The notes beneath the pieces were generated by a model, which saw only the letters and a program-made list of their open reading frames with translations, was not told where the DNA came from and made no database searches. The position numbers and the translations under genes are program-made. A DNA stretch of 64,000 bases from Adineta vaga. Taxonomy: Eukaryota > Animalia > Rotifera. The stretch is from the NCBI GenBank assembly GCA_021613535.1, contig CP075494.1, positions 4,588,001 to 4,652,000 of the forward strand, given 5' to 3'. Each line of letters begins with the position of its first letter. Position 1 is the stretch's first letter. This document shows positions 56,981 to 64,000 of this stretch, in pieces.

Positions 56981-59900
56981 TTAATGAGATTCATCATTAC
57001 GTTGTTGAGCCATGTTTAGTTTATAATATATTCCTTGTTGTTGAATTAATTGTTGATGATTACCACTTTCTTTGATAACTCCACGATCAACAACACAAAT
57101 TTGTTCAGAATTTTGAATTGTTGTTAAACGATGTGCAATCGTTAAACATGTTCGTCCTTCTTTTGCTTGATCCAAAGCGTCTTGTACAATTTTTTCACTT
57201 TTATTATCTAAAGCTGATGTGGCTTCATCGAGTAGAAGAATTCTTGGTGAACGAACTAATGCTCGAGCAATTGCAACTACAATAGACAGAAATTTACACA
57301 TTCTAATTTCAAAAATGATGTCTTCTATTACTTCGTTGTTTTTGTCCACCAGATAATTGTCCACCTTTAGCACCACATGATGTATTGTAGCCCTTTATAA
57401 AGAAAGAAAAAGAATAAACAATTTAAAATAGAAAAATATTCAATAAACAAAATCAAAAATTACTTCAGGTAAAGACGTAATTAAACTGTGTATATTTGCT
57501 TTCTTCGCTGCAGCTTCAATTTCTTGCTGTGTTATTTGTCTTGTATTATCACCATAAGCAATATTTTCTTGAATCGATAAATTAAATAATATCGGTTCTT
57601 GTTGTACTAAACCAATCATAGATCTTAACCATTGAATATTCAATGTTTTAACATCATGTCCATCAAGTAGAACTTGACCTGTTAATGGATCATAAAAACG
57701 TAATATTAGAGCTACTGTTGTCGATTTTCCACTTCCAGATGGACCAACCAATGCTGTTGTTACACCTGATGGACATTTTAATTTTAAATTACGTAATATT
57801 GGAAGTTTTGGTCGAGCAGGATAACGAAATCGAATATTTCGAAATTCAATATTTCCTTCTATTTTCGACTAAATAAAAGAAAACAAATAATTTTTTCCTG
57901 TCAACATATAAAAAAGAAACTTTTCTTTACAAGTTTAATTCCAGATGTATCATCAGGATCGATCAGTGACAATCGATCATTTAGTTCTAATATACGTTGT
58001 GCACTTTCTTTTCCTTTCGAATAATTTGGAATCATCGATGCACTTCGACCCATTGACATTGTAGCAAACATAATCACATTGAATACTCTATTGTAAAAGA
58101 AAAATGAAATTGACCGAAGATTGTCTGCTAGCAATCTTACTTAAACACATTTTGAAATTCCATTTCTTTTGCTTTAACAAGATCAATACCATAACCAAAT
58201 GCTAATGCATTCACTAGACAACATTTGCTCAATTAATTACTGACAAAGATATGAAATATAAACTTACGAAAATATGTTAATGAATTAGCTAATGAATTTG
58301 AAAATGATGTGTATTGAATACTAATCATTTCATGTCGAAAATCTCGATCGAACGCTTCTTTATATAAACGATTGAAATGCTCTTCTTGATGAAGTGAAAC
58401 AACAGTACGAATATTTTCAATAGCTTGTGTCGCATGCTAAATAACACCATATATATTTTTCATTACAAACAAGATGTAAATAAATAAAACATACTTTGCC
58501 GCCTTCTTCCGCATCAGTCGTTGCTGAACCTTTGGCACCCAATTTCTTCTGACTTTGTTTTCCTTGAACAATACCAGTAAAGACCATTAATGGTGCTAAA
58601 CTTAATAGAACTAATGTCAATTTCCATCCGGCTGTAAAACTAACAACAAGTGCAAATACTAAAGCTCCAACAGCATTTAATATTGCTCCGAGAGTTTGTC
58701 CAGTTAATCCTTTCAATGCTGCTGCATCTGATGATAATCTTGTTACTAATGCACCCAAATTATTTTCATCCAAATCAAACCAACCAATTTCTTGTTTTAA
58801 CATACTTCGAAATGAAATGGCTCGCATACGTGTTGTTAATTCTTCACCTGATTTAGCTAGAGTACTTGATGAAATCATTTGACATATAGCACCACCAACA
58901 CCAATCAAAAATATGACATATGTGTATGTACGTATTTGATCTTCTTGTTTTTGCGGATCTGGTTCAGCTAGTGCACCAAATACTTCAGAAAATACCAATG
59001 CAAATGCCTAAATAAATAGATTTGAATATTCAACATCATTCATGATCATATCAATAGCTTACTGGCATAATTGCTCCAAATACTAATGATGCAATTTCAC
59101 CAACAAGTAAATAATACCATTCAGGTAGATTTAATTTTGCTATTTTAAACATAAAAGGCGTATGAAAGAATGGTTGTTTTTCTTTTGCATTATTATCCAT
59201 ATTATTATCTATATTTTGGCTAACATCCGATGTTATTGATTTGATTGAAGCCATAGATGCTCGTCGCATTGGATTTGATACACTTCGATTTCTTGTTTTC
59301 ATTTCCATTTGTACTTGTTGTGCTAATTCTTCTTCCAGTTGATCATCATGTTCATTTTCTTTGGATTTCTCATTTTCACTTTGAGCATTGACTAATTCAT
59401 AATATAAACCTTTTCGTTCGATCAATTCATTATGTGTACCATATTCAATTACATTTCCACGATCTAAAGTAACGATAACATCAGCATTCCGTATTGTACT
59501 AAGACGATGTGCAATAACAATGGTTGTTCGACCTTGTTTAGCTCGATCCAAAGCATCTTGTACAACCCGTTCACTTTGATTATCTAATGCTGATGTAGCT
59601 TCATCCAGTAATAAGATTTTTGGATTAGAAATCAAAGCTCGTGCAATAGCAACTGAGAGAATAAGAAGAAAAAAACGAACTTTTTTTTTCTCCCTATAAA
59701 GAAGGAAATCAATTCATACCTCGTTGTTTTTGTCCACCACTTAATTTATCTCCTGATGATGTTTTATAATTCTAAAATAAATAATTCTTTGTTATTCAAA
59801 TAAACGATAATTATTAGGAGAGAAAATTTACTTGTGGTAATTGCATTATAAAATCATGTGCATTGGCCATTTTAGCTGCATTTCTAACTTCTTCATCAGT

Positions 59901-62208
59901 CGCATCAGATTTTCCAAATCGAATATTATCTTCAATTGAACCATAGAATAAAACTGGTTCTTGACTTACAATTCCAATATGTGATCGAAGCCATCGTAAA
60001 TTAATTGAACGTATATCACAACCATCTAATAAAATCTTGAAACAAAAAACATAAGAAAATTAGAGAGAAATGAATTCATCATTGAAGTCGTTACTTGTCC
60101 TTGATCTGGATCATATAAACGTTGAATTAATTGAATTGATGTACTTTTTCCACAGCCAGACGAACCGCAAAGTGCAACTGTCTTTCCCGATGGTATTTTC
60201 ATTGTTAAACCATTGAGAATCTAAAAATTAGTTTCATGTCTATTGAAATAGAATTTAAAAAAAAACATCATTAACATACTGGAGCATCTTTTCGTGATGG
60301 ATATTTGAAATGAACATTTTTAAATTCAAGATCTCCTGTAAATGTTGATGGACATTGTCCACTTTCATCTTTTGGATCAATTTTTGATTGCCGATCAATA
60401 ATATCGAAAACATATGCACCTGAACCAGATGCTTCAGCAAATGATTGTAAATTCGGTAAAATCGAAGCTAATGAAAAAGTTGCAGTCAAACATGAAATAA
60501 ATATCTAAATATTAATAAAATATCTATCAAATTTTTGCTTCAATAAATGGAAATATCTAAACATACAACTATCCATTGACCGGCAGAATAATTTTGACAT
60601 TCATTACGAATTAAATATGGTCCATACCAAAATATAATAGCAATACCACCGTACATTACAATATTAACCAATGCTTGAGTAACACCCAACATGAAACCTT
60701 TGCGAATACCAAGACGTTTTCCTTCTTTTAAACTCTTTTCATATCTATTTTTTTAGAAAATACATACGATTGATATTAATAAGAAATATTGTGTGACTGA
60801 ATTATTTACCGATCTCCTTCTTTTTGTTGTCCACTGAATGCTGTAACTGTTCTTATTGCACCTAAAACTTCTTGTGCAACAGAATTTGCTGTACTATATG
60901 CTTGTAATTCCAATGCCGTATAACGAACAATTACCTTTTTTATATTCAAATTACAAACTAGAACATATGTCTTATCGTTAAAAAATCTTACTTTAATTAA
61001 AAGTAGAATCGATAAAATTATCAATGGAGATACGGAAAGAAAGACTAACGTTAATTTCCATCCGGTATAAAGTGAAAAAATTATACTAGCAATAACACGT
61101 GCAACAATGCTAATAAACTCAGCTAAATGTAATCCAATTCCTTCACGCATTATATCAAGATCTTCAACCAGACGACTCGATAATTCTCCTAAAATACAAA
61201 TTTTCTTCTTTTTTTTAAAGAGAAAACAATGATTTTTGAACGAATATTCAAACCTGCATTTCGACAATCAAACCAACCCATTTCTTGTCGCATAATATTT
61301 CCAAAAAGTGCATAACTATAGAAGAAAAACATTAGTTCAACACATACGTTTCTCATTGAGACAGAAAGAAAAAACAAACCGAATCCGACGTATCTGACGT
61401 TCTGCTGTCATCATCTACAACAGATATTAAAATAAAAAAAAAACTTTTTTTTACATTTTTGAAAATCTTTTACCCAAAAACTAAATGCAATCCAATAAAC
61501 GACAAGACTACATGCACCTAATACACAAAACCATTTCACTTTTTCTTTAATCATTGAAAATGGATCTCCAGATGAATGTGATGTCGGAGAACTTTTCAAA
61601 AAAACAAAAACAACGACAAATGAATTGATTGATATTTACAAAGAAATTGTTCGTTACCATTGACTTGATGATGAATTAGTTGATGTGCCCGTTTGTGATA
61701 CACCGAAACTCATTAAACTATTAATAACATCTTGAAATAACCACATCATAACTGGTGTTGCAGCACCGGTTGCCAAAGCTAATATTAACAGAAAGATTTT
61801 CCCAGTATATATATATACACGTAAGAAATATAATAATATTATTTCTAACCTGCAATAGAACCAATAATCATCAATGAAACATCCAATTTATCAGCAAATT
61901 TAAACTAAAAGAAAAAGATTGTTACCGAACAAAAAAGAAACAACCAGATAAATACCTACAATTTCAAAAGTTTTCAATTTTCGACCTTCATTTTTCTTCT
62001 TTTGTTTTGTTACCATTTCATTTTCGTTTTCCTTCTCTACTTTTCCATAATGTATTTTCGGTTCAGTTCCACCACCAAGAAAACTCGGAACTGCAATCGG
62101 CTGCTGATTAATAAATTCTCCTTCATTGTCAACATAACCAGGTAGATGATTAATCTGATCCTGTGCTGGAAAGACTTGTCCATTGAATTTTTCTTTACCA
62201 TTCGCCAT
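56981..62208 (-). CDS. ABCB1: ABCB1/MDR P-glycoprotein full transporter (TMD-NBD-TMD-NBD), many exons
   Basis: Walker A motifs GSSGCGKST and [17 protein letters not shown] signatures, two [33 protein letters not shown] twice; more than 15 short introns. Confidence 0.92.
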
Positions 62209-63114
62209 AGTTGCTTTTATTTCATAAAATTGAAATATTTAGTTCATTACCATTGAATGCATTCATTTATATAGTTTGCTATTCTTGTAGCAGAATGTAC
62301 TCATTCTTTCTCGTTCTGCGAGAACGTTTACGTACGATGGTTCATCTAAGTTACTTATTTACTATCGTACTTTGCGTGTGCTGCATGGAAAGGAAAAAAA
62401 CAATTTACTGATGTATTTCAAGTGGAAAAGGATGAGAAAATAAAGTGTGTGAACTCCTCGTACGCTTTTATGAAAAATACTAAAACGTTTTATTGAATCA
62501 ATCGTTTTTCTATACATCTGCACGAACTGTTTCATTTAGTACATAGTGACAACATATTTTTTTAACCTGTCAAGTGTTCTTGAAATATATACTGTGGTAC
62601 TGATCAACAGAAATACAAAATATATGCGTACAAAGTATTATAAAGAACGTGTGAATTGAGGGTATTTTTTCATGTATAATGAAATTGTATTTATGATACT
62701 TCTCACATGGTGAATATTGGTTATATATATTATTCATTTACTTTTGTGTGGATATGCTTGTTTAGAGGACTTCTATACTCTGTGTTGAATGAAGAATTAG
62801 AAAGATATCTTTTTTTTGTCCTCTCTCTCGTTCTTTGAAACTGACAAAGTTTAGTTGTTGCAACACAATCATAAACTCGAAAAATATGCGCTTACAACAA
62901 TCATCCCACAGTATGTTTTGTTGTTTTATCGTCATATCAAAGTCAGTAACTAACAATAATTCTTATCTATCATTTAATGACATAATTTTGTATGATGATG
63001 GTGCAATACAAAGACGTCATACAAAAAATAGTATAAGAAGGTGTTGTCTCTCGTTTTTACGCATAAACCTTTGTTCTTGGCTCAGATCCTATTATTTACA
63101 AATAAAATATTATC

Positions 63115-63967
63115 ATGATGAACATTTCATACGTTGTTTTATCAATTTTAATTATATCCATCGGTGAGAATATGAAAAGAATACTGATGAAAGAACTACT
63201 AAATGTTTCTTATAGGTATTAGTGAATGTAGTAATGAAACATCGATTGTGCCTAGTGAACGTGTTGCTTCAAATTGCTATTTTTGTTCAAATTGTCCACG
63301 ACCATTCAATCCATATGCTTCCACTGTTAGTCAAGTTTATTCATCTACAGGATGGTGTACTGTAAGTTTATTGATTTGCATGTATATAGCAACATATTGA
63401 ATAATAAATTTATTTCTAGATGATGAGCAGAGATAGTTCACCTGATGGCGTTTATACTCGAGGTGTTGCTGTACCTGGTCTTTGTACTTATAATGGATGT
63501 GCGTGGAGGATGTACAACGGAGTTAATACATGGATTTGTTGTTGTAATCAAAATTTATGTAATGGAGCATCCATCGCTACTACAACTTATAGACCTGCTG
63601 GTAACACATGTCACTTCTGTTCAACGTGTCCATTACCATTTAATCGATATAGTTCATTAGTTCGTGATACTTATTCTCCAAATGGTTGGTGCACTGTGAG
63701 TGTGTTACTTTCTATTGTTTCTCAAATAAGATTTCTTTGTAGAAAATGAGTACGTCAAGTTCACCCAATGCTATTGCCACTCGTGGTGCTGATCCAGGTG
63801 TTTGCGCTTATAGCGGATGTTCGTGGAAAACGTACAACGGAGTTAATACATATATTTGTTGCTGTCGAACATATCATTGTAATACTGGTATGTCTACAAA
63901 AAAATCAACGATTGGTTTATTAAGTGCCGCATTAACGATGATGTTCGTTGCTCGTAAACATCTTTAA
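63115..63967 (+). CDS. GPI-anchored tandem Ly6/uPAR (three-finger, quiver/sleepless-like) protein, 4 exons
   Basis: Exons 63115-63163, 63216-63361, 63420-63695 and 63743-63967. Two domains of the form C.FCS.CP.PFN...GWCT...TRG...C.Y.GC.W..YNGVNT.ICCC....CN; signal peptide and hydrophobic tail. Confidence 0.8.
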
Positions 63968-64000
63968 TCATTCTTTATTCTTATATGCTTTTGCATCAGG

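Noticed and set aside
1-64000. Prokaryotic origin or contamination of the contig, suggested by bacterial-like genes
   Set aside because: These genes are interspersed with spliceosomal-intron genes (ABCB1, GPCRs, F-box) at similar base composition, with no operon structure. No rRNA, tRNA or CRISPR features were recognised.

Overview
AT-rich (roughly 70%) eukaryotic DNA with short (~50-60 bp) GT-AG introns. The gene content points to a bdelloid rotifer, probably Adineta-like: divergent rhodopsin-type GPCRs, an ART-TPR-NHL protein, NHL, FG-GAP, LDLa/EGF, F-box and B-box/SPRY families, many bacterial/fungal-looking genes, and (TGTGGG)n-type repeats. This assignment is inferred, not proven. The centre of the window is an intact, very recent Ty3/Gypsy LTR retrotransposon (27730-33618). 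It has identical 159-bp LTRs, a GTTCC target-site duplication, a PBS and a PPT, and it has split a fungal-type DUR3 urea transporter ORF. Its Gag appears to carry a duplicated capsid N-terminal domain and is joined to pol by an AUGA stop-start overlap. Other highlights: (1) a complete claudin-like gene enclosed by long inverted repeats that themselves contain telomere-repeat hairpins (20428-22095); (2) a bacterial-type sulfoquinovosidase (YihQ-like GH31) with intact specificity residues; (3) an insect-type CS-alpha-beta defensin; (4) several further HGT candidates (2H phosphoesterase, secreted nucleoside hydrolase, DUF4336, YrhK-like, and a decayed YtcJ amidohydrolase); (5) several pseudogenes; (6) a multi-exon ABCB1/MDR transporter and a tandem Ly6/three-finger gene. 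All family calls come from recognising motifs by eye; no database search was run.
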